From Spiribacter sp. (lineage in GTDB: Bacteria > Pseudomonadota > Gammaproteobacteria > Nitrococcales > Nitrococcaceae): a stretch of DNA of 64,000 nucleotides. Below the pieces are notes generated by a model, which did not search any database, was not told the origin of the DNA, and worked only from the letters and a program-made list of their open reading frames with translations. The stretch lies in NCBI GenBank assembly GCA_965243155.1, contig CBDEUE010000005.1, positions 1,334 to 65,333 of the forward strand, given 5' to 3'. Of the stretch, positions 38,286 through 48,440 are shown one piece after another (the first letter of the stretch is position 1; every line of letters begins with the position of its first letter). Made by a program: the position numbers and the translations under genes.

Positions 38286-39452
38286 CTAACCCAAGTGTGC
38301 CCTCAGCGTATCCATGAGGGCGGATTTGTCCTCGAACCCAATGCCGGGGATGTCCGGAAGTCTTACGCGACCATTTTCGATAGGTGTTGAATCGGCAAAG
38401 CCACCAAAAGGTGCGAAAACTTGGGGGTAGCTCTCGTTGCCGCCTAGCTTTAGGCCTGCTGCGATGTTCAGGGCAAACTGATGGCCACCATGAGGAATAC
38501 AGTTACAGGGGCTGAAGCCATGAATGCGTAGCTCATCGAGCATGCGCAGATATTCCACCAGCCCATAGGAGAGCACAGGGTCCATTTGCAGGATATCGCG
38601 ATCGGCACGCATACCGCCGTAGCGCAGCAGGTTACGAACGTCCTGATGGGAAAATAGGTTCTCTCCGGTGGCGCTTGGTAGTGGATAGATCTCGCAGAGC
38701 CGCTGCTGAATAGCGTAATCCAATGGATCACCGGCCTCTTCAAACCAGCGTAGATGATAGGGGGCGAGTCCCTCGGCGTACGCCACAGTCAGGTCGTGAT
38801 CAAAGCGGCCATTGGCATCAACGGCAAGACATTGCGGGTCGCCGACCACCTCTAGCGCCGCTTCGATACGGCGCTGGTCTTCTGCAAGCGGCGCGCCGCC
38901 GATTTTCATCTTGGTCTCGGTATAACCAAGATCCAGATAGTGGCGCATCTCTGCCTTTAGCCGATCGAGATCATCATTGGGGTAGTAATACCCGCCTGCT
39001 GCATAGACCGAGACACTCTCGTCCGTTGTTCCATCGCCAAATCGATCCGCTAGGACGTTGGCCAGCGGCCGCTCCTCTACTTTGGCCACGATGTCCCAAA
39101 GCGCCATGTCGATAACGCCAACTGCCACGGACCGCTCACCATGACCACCGGGCTTCTCATTGGCCATGAGCACATCCCAAATTCGATGGGGGTCGAGGTT
39201 ATCGCCGCTGTCATCGATCAGGGTTTTAGGGTCGGCTTCTTTGAGCCGGGGGATAAACCGTTCATTGAGAAGCCCACTTTGGGCATAGCGGCCATTGGAG
39301 TTAAAGCCATAACCAACAACGGGTTTCCCATCACGAATCACATCGGTGTGAATCGCGACCACGGAGACATCCATTTTCGAGAAATCGATGTAGGCGTTGG
39401 CAATCTCTGAGGCAATGGAGACGCGAGCTTCACGGATCTCGGTGATTTTCAT
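38286..39452 (-). CDS. tarD: Enolase-superfamily D-tartrate dehydratase-like
   Basis: NAYIDFSKM, GYGFNSNGRY, NEKPGGHGERSVAVG, KMKIGG, VDANG and PHGGH, as recalled for Bradyrhizobium TarD. Confidence 0.85.
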   Translation of the reverse strand: MKITEIREARVSIASEIANAYIDFSKMDVSVVAIHTDVIRDGKPVVGYGFNSNGRYAQSGLLNERFIPRLKEADPKTLIDDSGDNLDPHRIWDVLMANEKPGGHGERSVAVGVIDMALWDIVAKVEERPLANVLADRFGDGTTDESVSVYAAGGYYYPNDDLDRLKAEMRHYLDLGYTETKMKIGGAPLAEDQRRIEAALEVVGDPQCLAVDANGRFDHDLTVAYAEGLAPYHLRWFEEAGDPLDYAIQQRLCEIYPLPSATGENLFSHQDVRNLLRYGGMRADRDILQMDPVLSYGLVEYLRMLDELRIHGFSPCNCIPHGGHQFALNIAAGLKLGGNESYPQVFAPFGGFADSTPIENGRVRLPDIPGIGFEDKSALMDTLRAHLG

Positions 39453-39458
39453 GCGCGA

Positions 39459-40523
39459 TTAGCCCTTGAGTTCAGCCAGCAGCCGATCGGTGAAATCCGT
39501 GGTACCGGCGTTGCCGCCAAGGTCGCGGGTGAGCACTCTGCCTTCACCGGTGACTGCCTCCAGCGCGCCCATCAAATCATCGGCAGCCGCCTGTTCGCCG
39601 AGGTCTTCCAGCATCATCACAACGGTCCAAATCATGGCGATTGGGTTGGCGATGTTCTGCCCAGCGATATCAGGGGCAGAGCCATGAACCGGCTCAAACA
39701 TCGAAGGCACGCTTGGGTCGGGATTGATATTGGCAGATGGCGCAACACCAATGCCGCCGGCCGTGGCTGGCCCGAGGTCGGAGAGGATATCGCCGAAGAG
39801 GTTGGTGCCCACAACCACGTCAAACCAGTCCGGATGAGTAACGAAGTTGGCAGCCAGAATATCCACGTGATACTGCTCAACCGCAACGTCCGGAAAATGC
39901 CCGGCCATGGCAGCCACCTGCTCATCCCAGAACGGCATGCTGTGTTTGATACCGTTGGATTTGGTGGCGTAGGCCAGTTTTTTGCGTGCACGCGACTGGG
40001 CCGTTTTGAAGGCAAAATCCAGAATTCGCTCACTGCCTTTGCGGGTGATGACGTTAGCCTGAATCGCCATGGCCTCGGGCAGGCCATCATAAAGCCGTCC
40101 ACCGATATCGGAGTATTCACCCTCGTTGTTTTCGCGCACGACCAAGTAGTTGATATCTTCCGGGCCACGGTCGCGCAATGCAGAGGTCAGACCCTTGAGT
40201 AGGCGCACCGGGCGCAGATTAACGTACTGTTGGAATTCACGGCGGATGGGCAGCAATAGCCCCCAGAGCGAGACATGGTCGGGGACACCCGGAAAGCCGA
40301 CGGCACCGAGCAGGATCGCATCATGTGCCCGGAGCTTTTCGATACCATCTTCGGGCATCATCTCGCCATGCTCTGCGTAGTATTCGCAGGAGTAGGGGAA
40401 CTCGGTAAAGTCAAAATCAAGGCCGGGGCGTTTCGCCAGCGCTTCAAGGCAGCGAACACCGGCCGGAGTGACTTCACGGCCAATGCCGTCGCCAGGGATG
40501 AGTGCAATGCGATGGGTTGTCAT
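39459..40523 (-). CDS. ttuC: Tartrate dehydrogenase/decarboxylase / D-malate dehydrogenase
   Basis: IPGDGIG, VPDHVSLWG, RENNEGEYS, TKSNGI..SMPFWDE and FEPVHGSAPDI. Confidence 0.88.
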   Translation of the reverse strand: MTTHRIALIPGDGIGREVTPAGVRCLEALAKRPGLDFDFTEFPYSCEYYAEHGEMMPEDGIEKLRAHDAILLGAVGFPGVPDHVSLWGLLLPIRREFQQYVNLRPVRLLKGLTSALRDRGPEDINYLVVRENNEGEYSDIGGRLYDGLPEAMAIQANVITRKGSERILDFAFKTAQSRARKKLAYATKSNGIKHSMPFWDEQVAAMAGHFPDVAVEQYHVDILAANFVTHPDWFDVVVGTNLFGDILSDLGPATAGGIGVAPSANINPDPSVPSMFEPVHGSAPDIAGQNIANPIAMIWTVVMMLEDLGEQAAADDLMGALEAVTGEGRVLTRDLGGNAGTTDFTDRLLAELKG

Positions 40524-40559
40524 GGGCTTCCTCAGGACGTTAATGAGAGCGGAAGCCCT

Positions 40560-42242
40560 CTAGTCTAGCGCAAGCTGGCCTCCACGCAGAATTAACCAGC
40601 GATCAGCGCTTGGCAGCGCCTCGCGATCATGCCCAAGGAATATCGTAGTCCGCCCTTGGCGCCAGGCGGTTAACGGTTCCGCGACATGCTGCGCCGTTTC
40701 TGCATCAAGCCCGGCAAAAGGCTCATCCAGAATGACAATCTGCGGGTCACGCAGCATGAGTCGCGCCAAAGCAAGGCGTCTTGCCTGACCGGCTGAGAGC
40801 TCAGTGCCGGATTCGCCCAGCCAAGTATCAAGGCCCTGCTCGCAGCCGGCCACAAACTGGTCGAGGGCAACAGCCTTGAGCACGTGCCACAGTTCGTCGG
40901 TTGTGGCCTCGCGCTTTGCGATACGCAGATTACCCGCCACCGTGCTGCTGAAAAGGTCCGTTTGCTGTGTCAGATAAGCGAGACGGCGATAGAGGTTGAT
41001 CTCAGAAAAAGTCTCGATTGGTTGGTTATCGAGCAGGATATTGCCACTATCTGCGGCTATCTGCTTCGATAAAAGTGCAGCGATGCTGGATTTGCCGGCC
41101 CCTGAAGGCCCAAGAATGCCCACGCACTCGCCTGGCGCAATCTGTAGCGTGAGATCATCCAGCACTCTGCTACCGGCCCCACGAGTCAGCATGACCTGGT
41201 TTAGTACTATTGCTGCACCCTTCGCTGTGGTGAGCGGCACCTCAGTACAGTCCTGCGTCTCATGCTGACTGACCGAAATATCTTGTTGGAGGCGTATCGC
41301 TGACGCTCGTGCGCGTGCCAAATGCCAGCCGGCGCCGGGGAGCACGCCAAGAGGCTCAAGTAGCGCCATTACGGCGAGCGGCATCATCACGGCAATGGCG
41401 CCACTGATTGCACCGTTGCTGTAGAGCATCAGTGCGGCTAGTAGAACCAGTGCCGCCGCCAGATGAATGCCGCCGGTCATGGCGGCCTCGCCCGCTGCAA
41501 TCTGGGTATTCATCCGAGACTCGATGCGTTGTGCCTGATCAGCTCTATGCAGTAACCGCTGCCGATGATGATCAAGACTGCCAAAGGCTTTTAGCTCAGC
41601 TAGCCCCTGCAGGTGGTCGACGGCACCCGCCCGCAGGTTGGCACTGGCTTCGGCCAAATCGCCGGTTATCGTGCATCCGCGATGCCATGCTAGAAGGGCG
41701 ACGCTGACGCTGAGTATCAATAATGTCAGGCCTGTGGCAAGACCCACTGTCATTGAGCCGATCATCAGCAATAGAGTGACTAACACCAGACTCAGTGCGG
41801 CGATGAGGGTCGGGGCGAGGCTCCTGAGGAATAGGCCATCCAATCGGTCAATATCGGTGGTGAGCCGATTGAGCAGTTCTCCGCCGCGAAGTTTCGTCAT
41901 ACGGATGACCGGTAGACCTGCCAGATCACGAAAGATGCGTGTTCTCAGATCACTCAGCAGTCGTAGAACCGTGTCATGGTTGACCAAGCGCTCAAAATAA
42001 CGCGCTGCTGTTCGTGTGACGGCAAACGTGCGAATGCCACCACCAGGGATGTAGATATTGAGTGTTGCGGTAACACCGGCGGCAATGAGTGCCCCCGTGA
42101 CGGCCGTTGCGGTGATAAACCAGCCGGACAGCGCCAGTAGACCCACACCACTGGCGGCAGTGACAAACATCAAGAGGGCACCCAGTCCAAGCCGGCCTCG
42201 GTATTGCCTGAGCATCTGAACGTAGGGTGCGAGTTCACGCAT
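40560..42242 (-). CDS. cydC: Thiol/heme ABC exporter subunit CydC
   Basis: LLALSGWFI, RTAARYFERLVNHD, GPSGAGKS and LSAGQARRLALAR. Confidence 0.92.
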   Translation of the reverse strand: MRELAPYVQMLRQYRGRLGLGALLMFVTAASGVGLLALSGWFITATAVTGALIAAGVTATLNIYIPGGGIRTFAVTRTAARYFERLVNHDTVLRLLSDLRTRIFRDLAGLPVIRMTKLRGGELLNRLTTDIDRLDGLFLRSLAPTLIAALSLVLVTLLLMIGSMTVGLATGLTLLILSVSVALLAWHRGCTITGDLAEASANLRAGAVDHLQGLAELKAFGSLDHHRQRLLHRADQAQRIESRMNTQIAAGEAAMTGGIHLAAALVLLAALMLYSNGAISGAIAVMMPLAVMALLEPLGVLPGAGWHLARARASAIRLQQDISVSQHETQDCTEVPLTTAKGAAIVLNQVMLTRGAGSRVLDDLTLQIAPGECVGILGPSGAGKSSIAALLSKQIAADSGNILLDNQPIETFSEINLYRRLAYLTQQTDLFSSTVAGNLRIAKREATTDELWHVLKAVALDQFVAGCEQGLDTWLGESGTELSAGQARRLALARLMLRDPQIVILDEPFAGLDAETAQHVAEPLTAWRQGRTTIFLGHDREALPSADRWLILRGGQLALD

Positions 42243-43896
42243 CTTGAACGGCCTCCAATCGGCTATTTTCGATGCGATAGATGTGATCAGCATGCTCGCG
42301 CAATGCCTTGTCGTGGCTGGCGATGATGACGGTGGCACCAGCCTTGGCAAAACCGTCGATGGCCGTCAGTACATGGGCTTCAGTGACCGCATCGAGTGCA
42401 TTGGTTGGCTCATCAAGAATGATGAGCGGCGCATTGGCGACGAGCGCGCGGGCCAAGGCCACACGCTGCGCCTGGCCACCCGATAGCGAGAGGCCTCGTT
42501 CGCCCACCACAGTGTCTAATCCATGGGGGAGTCGACTGAGAAATTCATCAACACCGGCATCCCGTGCCGCTGCCTTAATCGCCTGATCATCGGCGCTGGG
42601 ATTGCCGAGTTGAATGTTCTCTCGAATGCTGGTGTTGGCAAGAAAGGTCGGTGATCCAAGCCAGCCGATCCGCTCGCTGGTAAATCCATGCCGGATTTTT
42701 TTGCCATCAATGGGCAAAAGACCGGCGATGGCAAGCAGCAGTGATGTCTTGCCGCTGCCGGAAGGCCCTTCGATGAGGATGCGCTCGCCGCGGTTTGCAC
42801 GAAAACAAGGAACGCTCAGTACTGTGCCGCGGCCCGGGCGCTCGATATCCAGGCCATTAATTCCAACACCCTCCAGTTGGGATGAGCTTGCGGGTAACTC
42901 AATGGGTTGCGAGGGCGCCTCTGGTGCAGTTGCATCCAAGCTCATCAATAGCTCGGCGGCACCGATGGCCGTTGCCCGGTCATGATAGTGCTGAGCAAGC
43001 GTGCGAAGTGGTTGGAAGAACTCGGGCGCCAGCAGCAGGACAAAAAGCCCGCTAAACAGCGTTAATGCTGGCGCCGGGCCGAAATCAATATAGCCAAGCA
43101 GCCCAAAGCCGACATAGATGGCGATGACCGCAATCGCTACCGAGGCAAAAAACTCCAGCACGGCTGATGAGAGAAAGGCAACGCTCAGTACGCGCATACT
43201 GCGCTTTCGATATTCGTCTGAGCCTTCGCTAATGCCGTCGGCCGCATCATCAATTCGGCCAAAAAGCCGAAGGGTGGTCAGGCCCCGGACGCGGTCGAGA
43301 AACTGACCGGAGAGTCTTGCCAATGCCGTGAACTGGTCCCGATTAAGTCGCTCGGCGCCCATGCCGACTAGTGCCATAAAGAGCGGAATGAGCGGGGCAG
43401 CAAGCAGAAGAAACCCTGCAGCAAGCCAGTCCTGGGTAAAAGCGGTCACTGCAATTGCAGCTGGCACGGAAACCGCAATCACCATCTGTGGCAGATAGCG
43501 CGCAAAGTAGCCATCTAGGGCATTGATCTGGTCGGTCAGTTGGCTGGCAAGCTCGCCCCGGCTTTTATCCTGAAAACCGGCTGGGCCGACGGTTTCAATC
43601 CGACGTAGCAGGCGCTCGCGAATGCGGGTGCGTACCTGGTCTGATGCCTGAATGCCGTATTTTGCCCGCAACCACTGGAATAAGGGCCTTAGGGAGACCG
43701 CTGCGATTAGGCAGGCGGCGGTAATGGTCAGAGTGGAAAGCGCAGCGGACTGCATGACGACCTGATGCACCAGCCAGGCGATGAATCCCGCCTGGCTGAT
43801 GATCAGCAGTCCTTCGATAATGCCGCAGGCAGCGGCAATACGCAGCGGCGCTGCGACGGCCGCCCGCTCTTGGGCGAGCCACTGCGTGGCGGTCAT
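42235..43896 (-). CDS. cydD: Thiol/heme ABC exporter subunit CydD
   Basis: YFARYLPQ, PLIPLFM, AFLSSAVLEFF, LAPEFFQPLR and LSGGQAQR. Confidence 0.93.
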   Translation of the reverse strand: MTATQWLAQERAAVAAPLRIAAACGIIEGLLIISQAGFIAWLVHQVVMQSAALSTLTITAACLIAAVSLRPLFQWLRAKYGIQASDQVRTRIRERLLRRIETVGPAGFQDKSRGELASQLTDQINALDGYFARYLPQMVIAVSVPAAIAVTAFTQDWLAAGFLLLAAPLIPLFMALVGMGAERLNRDQFTALARLSGQFLDRVRGLTTLRLFGRIDDAADGISEGSDEYRKRSMRVLSVAFLSSAVLEFFASVAIAVIAIYVGFGLLGYIDFGPAPALTLFSGLFVLLLAPEFFQPLRTLAQHYHDRATAIGAAELLMSLDATAPEAPSQPIELPASSSQLEGVGINGLDIERPGRGTVLSVPCFRANRGERILIEGPSGSGKTSLLLAIAGLLPIDGKKIRHGFTSERIGWLGSPTFLANTSIRENIQLGNPSADDQAIKAAARDAGVDEFLSRLPHGLDTVVGERGLSLSGGQAQRVALARALVANAPLIILDEPTNALDAVTEAHVLTAIDGFAKAGATVIIASHDKALREHADHIYRIENSRLEAVQDA

Positions 43897-43899
43897 TCG

Positions 43900-44901
43900 T
43901 TAGTGATAGCCTTCGCCAGCGCGGACTTTGCCCCGGAACACCCAATAGGTCCAGGCCGTATACCCCAGCACCACCGGGATAACGAACAGCACGCCAAGCA
44001 GCAGGAACATCTGGGATTCGCGCGCTGATGCAGCGTCGTACAGGGTGTAGGCGGGCGGCACCACATAGGGCCACTTGCTCGCTAGCAGGCCGAGGTAGGT
44101 GAAGATAAACAGCCCCATCGTTGCAACAAACGGCAAACCCTCGCTGCGCTTGGCGGCCGAGCGAAAAATTAGGTACGCACAGCCTAGGGCGCCTGCGGGT
44201 AACAGCCAGATTGAGAACAGGTTGTTAAACCAGCGATCCCTCACAAAGCTATCCACTAGCGGGGTCCAGAAGCTAATGATCAGGAATACTCCCAGCACGC
44301 CGGCGAGCAGTTTGGGTGTCACCCGATAGGCCCATTCCTGGATTTCGCCCTCGGTTTTCATGATCAACCAAGTGCTGCCCAGCAATGCATAGCCAAGGAC
44401 TAGGCCGATGCCGGTGACGACGGTGAACGGCGTAAGCCAGTCCGAAGGCGCCACCAACATAGGTGAAGTTCTCGGTTTCAAACCCTTGGATATAAGCACC
44501 AACGACGATGCCTTGTGCCAGCGCTGCCACCGTTGAGCCACCGGCAAAAGCAGCACTCCAGTAGCCTTTGCTGGCAGGGCTTTGCCTTGAAACGGAACTC
44601 GAACGCCACGCCACGGAATATCAACCCTGCCAAGAGCAGGAAGACGCCTAGGTAGAGTGCTGGCAGGAGGACTGAGTAGACCAGCGGGAAGGCTCCGAGC
44701 AGGCCGGCACCACCAAGCACCAGCCAGGTCTCGTTACCGTCCCAGACAGGTGCCACCGAGTTCATCATGACATCGCGGGAAACCTTCGTCCGGAGCAAAG
44801 GGATAGAGAATGCCGACCCCTAGGTCGAACCCGTCCATGAGCACGTACATAATGACGCCGAAGGCGATGATGACGGCCCAAATCATTGTGAAATCAATCA
44901 T
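43900..44901 (-). CDS. cydB: Cytochrome bd (CIO-type) oxidase subunit II (3 apparent +1 indels)
   Basis: MYVLMDGFDLGVG...APVWDGNETWLV...IFRGVAFEFR...WLTPF...YWVFRGKV read across three shifts (about 44780, 44577 and 44442). Corrected length 333 codons. Confidence 0.9.
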
Positions 44902-46320
44902 GTCCAATCTCCCTTAAGTGGCGCGGCCGGAGCGGCGTCGCCAATCGGGCCACCCGCGGAGAGCGGACGTTTTCGGGTGTGCGCCAGTCTCATCGGTAGG
45001 CTGTGCCGGAGCGGTCATGCCACCCTGCACAATACGCCACAGGTAATAGCCGCCTGAGGCATAAACCACCGCATAGACACTCATGTAGCCGATGAGGCTA
45101 ATCAAAGCCATCCAGCCTGTCAGGGAGGGTGTGACACCTTCAGCAAAGCTGATCATGCCGTAGACCAGCCAGGGTGCTCGACCAGCCTCTGTGGTAAACC
45201 AGCCGGCCACTACAGCAACGAATGGCGCAGCAATCATAATCGGCAGGAAGCGATGCAGCGCACCGGGTTCATAAAGCTTGCCACGGAGCCGCAGCACCAA
45301 TCCCCAAATACCGACTGCGATCATCACCAGGCCAATGCCAACCATGATTCGGAATGACCAGAAGACGATCGCGACAGGTGGTTGCTCCGCCAGTGGCACT
45401 TCATTAATGCCCGGGATTTCGCCATCGGCGCTGTGCGTAAGAATGATGCTGGCAAGATTGGGAATGCCAATCTCGAAGTGGTTTTCCTGTGCGGTCTGGT
45501 CGGGCAGCGCAAATAACAGCAGCGGGGCGCCAGCCTGACGCTCCCAGTTGCCTTCCATCGCAGCCACCTTGGTAGGCTGATACTCAAGCGTGTTCAGGCC
45601 GTGGAAGTCACCAATAACGGCCTGCGCCGGCGCTAGGAAAAGAATCATCCACAGGCACATCGAAAGGGCTTTTTTGTTCGCCTCAACCATATGCCCTTTC
45701 AGCAGGTACCAGGCACTTACACCCGCCACTACAAAGCTGCCTGTCAGGAAGCTGGCGACAGCCATATGTGTGAAGCGGTAAGGGAAGGAGGGATTGAAAA
45801 TTGCCTCGGCCCAGCTGCGCACGTGCAACATGCCATCCTGGAACTCAACGCCGGCCGGAGTATGCATCCAGCTGTTGGCGACCAGAATCCAGAACGAAGA
45901 AATAAAGGTGCCCAGCGCCACCATAATGGCGGCAAACAGATGCGTGCCCTTCGGCACTTTGTCGCGCCCGAACAGCAGCACGCCCAAAAAGGCCGCTTCC
46001 AAGAAGAATGCGGTGACTACTTCGTAACTGAGAATCGGGCCAAGGAAGTTGGCCGACATCTGCGCGAAGTTGCTCCAGTTGGTCCCGAACTGGAATGACA
46101 TCACGATGCCGGAGACCACCCCCATACCGAAGGTGACGGCAAAGACTTTGGTCCAGAATTTCGATAGCTGGGCCCATTGCGGATTGCCGGTTTTAAAGTG
46201 AAGCCCTTCGAGCAGCGCGATGTACGACGCCAGCCCGATGGTGAATACCGGAAAGATCGCGTGGAAAGACACCACAAATGCGAACTGTATCCGTGACAGG
46301 AGAATGGGATCGAATTCCAT
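44898..46320 (-). CDS. cydA: Cytochrome bd (CIO-type, short Q-loop) oxidase subunit I
   Basis: SRIQFAF..SFHAIFP, FGTNWS, NSWMHTP, QPTKVAAMEG and GWFTTEAGRAPW. Removing an extra A (44970-73) gives PKRPLSA...WT* with an ATGA overlap on the cydB start. Confidence 0.93.
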
Positions 46321-46339
46321 TAACTATGCCTCATTAAAC

Positions 46340-47065
46340 TTAGGCCGATGCAGCCATCGTTTCATTCTGGCAGCTGAGCTGCCGTAATGCCTTGATGTCG
46401 AGCAAGGTAATTAAACCTCGCTCCAACCTCACTAACTCTCTGCGCTCGAATTCTTTCAGAAGCCGGCTAATCACCTCTCTCGCCGTACCGAGTTCAACTG
46501 CCAAGTCTTGATGTGTTGCGTTAATTCGGCCCTCGCGTTGTCGCTCAATCAATCGCTCGGCCAGCCTTTGGTCTAAGCGGCGGAATGCGACCTCTTCGAT
46601 AACCATCAGCAGCGAGGTGAGTCGCTGCCCATAACTCTCGAGTACAACGTTGCGAAAGCGCTTATCCTCATCCATTAAGCGATCAGTGAGGGAAGCTGGA
46701 ATGACAAGCACCTCGCTGTCTTCATCGACGATCGCCTCCGATTGGTGATTGCCATCGGCAAGTAGACAAGCCAGCGACATCGGACACATCTCTCCACCTT
46801 TGATGCGGTAGAGAACGATTTCGTTCCCGGATGCACCGGTCATCTGCACACGAACCTCACCCTTAAGCACCAGCGGCAGGCCATTGCATGGGTCGCCCGG
46901 GCCAAAAATGCGCGTACCGGCTGGGATTTCCATGCGCTGCCCATGCTGGTCTATTGCTTCGCGAGTGGTTGGCTCAACCGCGCGCAGTGCGGGGTGAATA
47001 TCTCGCTCAACATGATGAAGATCATGTTGCTCTGCAGTCTGTCCAATCCTTTGTGACTTCATCAC
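46340..47065 (-). CDS. Crp/Fnr-family transcriptional regulator
   Basis: cNMP-like barrel with C..S..C and HTH THQDLAVELGTAREVISRLLK. Confidence 0.9.
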   Translation of the reverse strand: MMKSQRIGQTAEQHDLHHVERDIHPALRAVEPTTREAIDQHGQRMEIPAGTRIFGPGDPCNGLPLVLKGEVRVQMTGASGNEIVLYRIKGGEMCPMSLACLLADGNHQSEAIVDEDSEVLVIPASLTDRLMDEDKRFRNVVLESYGQRLTSLLMVIEEVAFRRLDQRLAERLIERQREGRINATHQDLAVELGTAREVISRLLKEFERRELVRLERGLITLLDIKALRQLSCQNETMAASA

Positions 47066-47125
47066 TGATCACCTCTCTGACAGGCGCGCCTACTGGCTGC
47101 AGCTATAAAAGAAGCCCGGTAATGC

Positions 47126-48232
47126 TCAGTGATCGCAGCCCATTGCCTTGGCCCGTTCGCCAGTGGCTTTCGGGTCACGGCGGCTGCGTTTGATCTCGGG
47201 GCTTGCCTCGGGCCAGCCCTGAACGTGGTCCAGCACCAGCTGAGTGAGCATATCGAGGTGGTCATCTCGATCGTTTAGCGCACGAATGTAGCGTAGCGAT
47301 TCACCACCATGCTCTTCAAAGATCTCAGCGTTCTCCCCTTCAATTTCTTCTAGCGTCTCTAGGCAGTCAGCAGAGAAGCCAGGGCAAATGACATCCAACT
47401 TTTTCATGCCGGATTTGGCGAGACCCTCAACCGTTTCATCGGTGTAGGGTTGTAGCCAAACTTCTTTGCCGAACAGTGATTGGAAAGTGACCTGCCAGTA
47501 ATCGTCCGGCAGCTCTAGGTGCTCGGCCACCAGACGGGCAGTCTTCTGGCACTGACAATGATAATGATCGCCATTGAGCAGATACCGGCGCGGCATGCCA
47601 TGAAATGAGAAGAGCATCTTCTCGGCTTTGCCGTGTTCTTCCCAATGTTCGCGGATCGTGTTGGCAAGCGCCTTAATATAGTCCGGATCGTCGGCATACT
47701 GGCCGATGAGACGAAGCTCAGGGATAAACCGCCACTTCTTAAGCTCATCGAATACCGCGTCATAGGTAGAGCCAACGGTGGTTGCGGAATACTGTGGATA
47801 GAGTGGCAGAACAAGAATTCGCTCAGCGCCTTTTTCTCGCAGTTTGCGCAGTCCATCGCGAATAGACGGGTTGCCGTAGCGCATCGCGAGTTCAACGCTA
47901 AAGGGTCCGTCCATTTTATCGGCAAGGCGCTTTTCGATACCGGCCACCTGAGCTTTGGCGATGGTCAGTAGCGGGGAGCCTTCCTCTTCCCAGACTTCAG
48001 CGTAGGCTGCCGCTGATTTTTTTGGTCGGGTGCGCAGAATGACGCCATGAAGCAATAGCCACCAGAGCGGACGGTTAATCTCGACCACGCGTGGGTCACC
48101 CAAGAACTCCGCCAGATAGCGACGAAGTGCGGGCGTTGTCGGGGCATCGGGTGTGCCCAGATTGGTAATCAGAATCCCCAGACGAGGAATATCGTCATGG
48201 CGGGCGTTGGGTTTGGCGCTGTACATCGGCAT
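47126..48232 (-). CDS. hemH: Ferrochelatase
   Basis: NLGTPDAP, MRYGNP, PLYPQYS, SFHG, WLQPYT and FSADCLETLEEI. Confidence 0.96.
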   Translation of the reverse strand: MPMYSAKPNARHDDIPRLGILITNLGTPDAPTTPALRRYLAEFLGDPRVVEINRPLWWLLLHGVILRTRPKKSAAAYAEVWEEEGSPLLTIAKAQVAGIEKRLADKMDGPFSVELAMRYGNPSIRDGLRKLREKGAERILVLPLYPQYSATTVGSTYDAVFDELKKWRFIPELRLIGQYADDPDYIKALANTIREHWEEHGKAEKMLFSFHGMPRRYLLNGDHYHCQCQKTARLVAEHLELPDDYWQVTFQSLFGKEVWLQPYTDETVEGLAKSGMKKLDVICPGFSADCLETLEEIEGENAEIFEEHGGESLRYIRALNDRDDHLDMLTQLVLDHVQGWPEASPEIKRSRRDPKATGERAKAMGCDH

Positions 48233-48440
48233 GTCGATGTCCCTGCTGGTAATGAATTGAAATGCTGCGCCAATGATAGGCCCTATCGGGTTGAAGTGAA
48301 AATTCAACGGCCTGCACGGATTAATAGCTTTAGGCTATTGCTATTGCCCCAATTGATTTAGTGCTACGCTTAATTCACCTGTTCCTGGAGGGAAAGGGGA
48401 GGGGGCGACATGCAGCAAGTCGGCATGCCTGCTCACAAAA

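Noticed and set aside
48340-48365. FNR box in the hemH-narX spacer
   Set aside because: Only a TTGAT half-site, with no ATCAA at N4 spacing.
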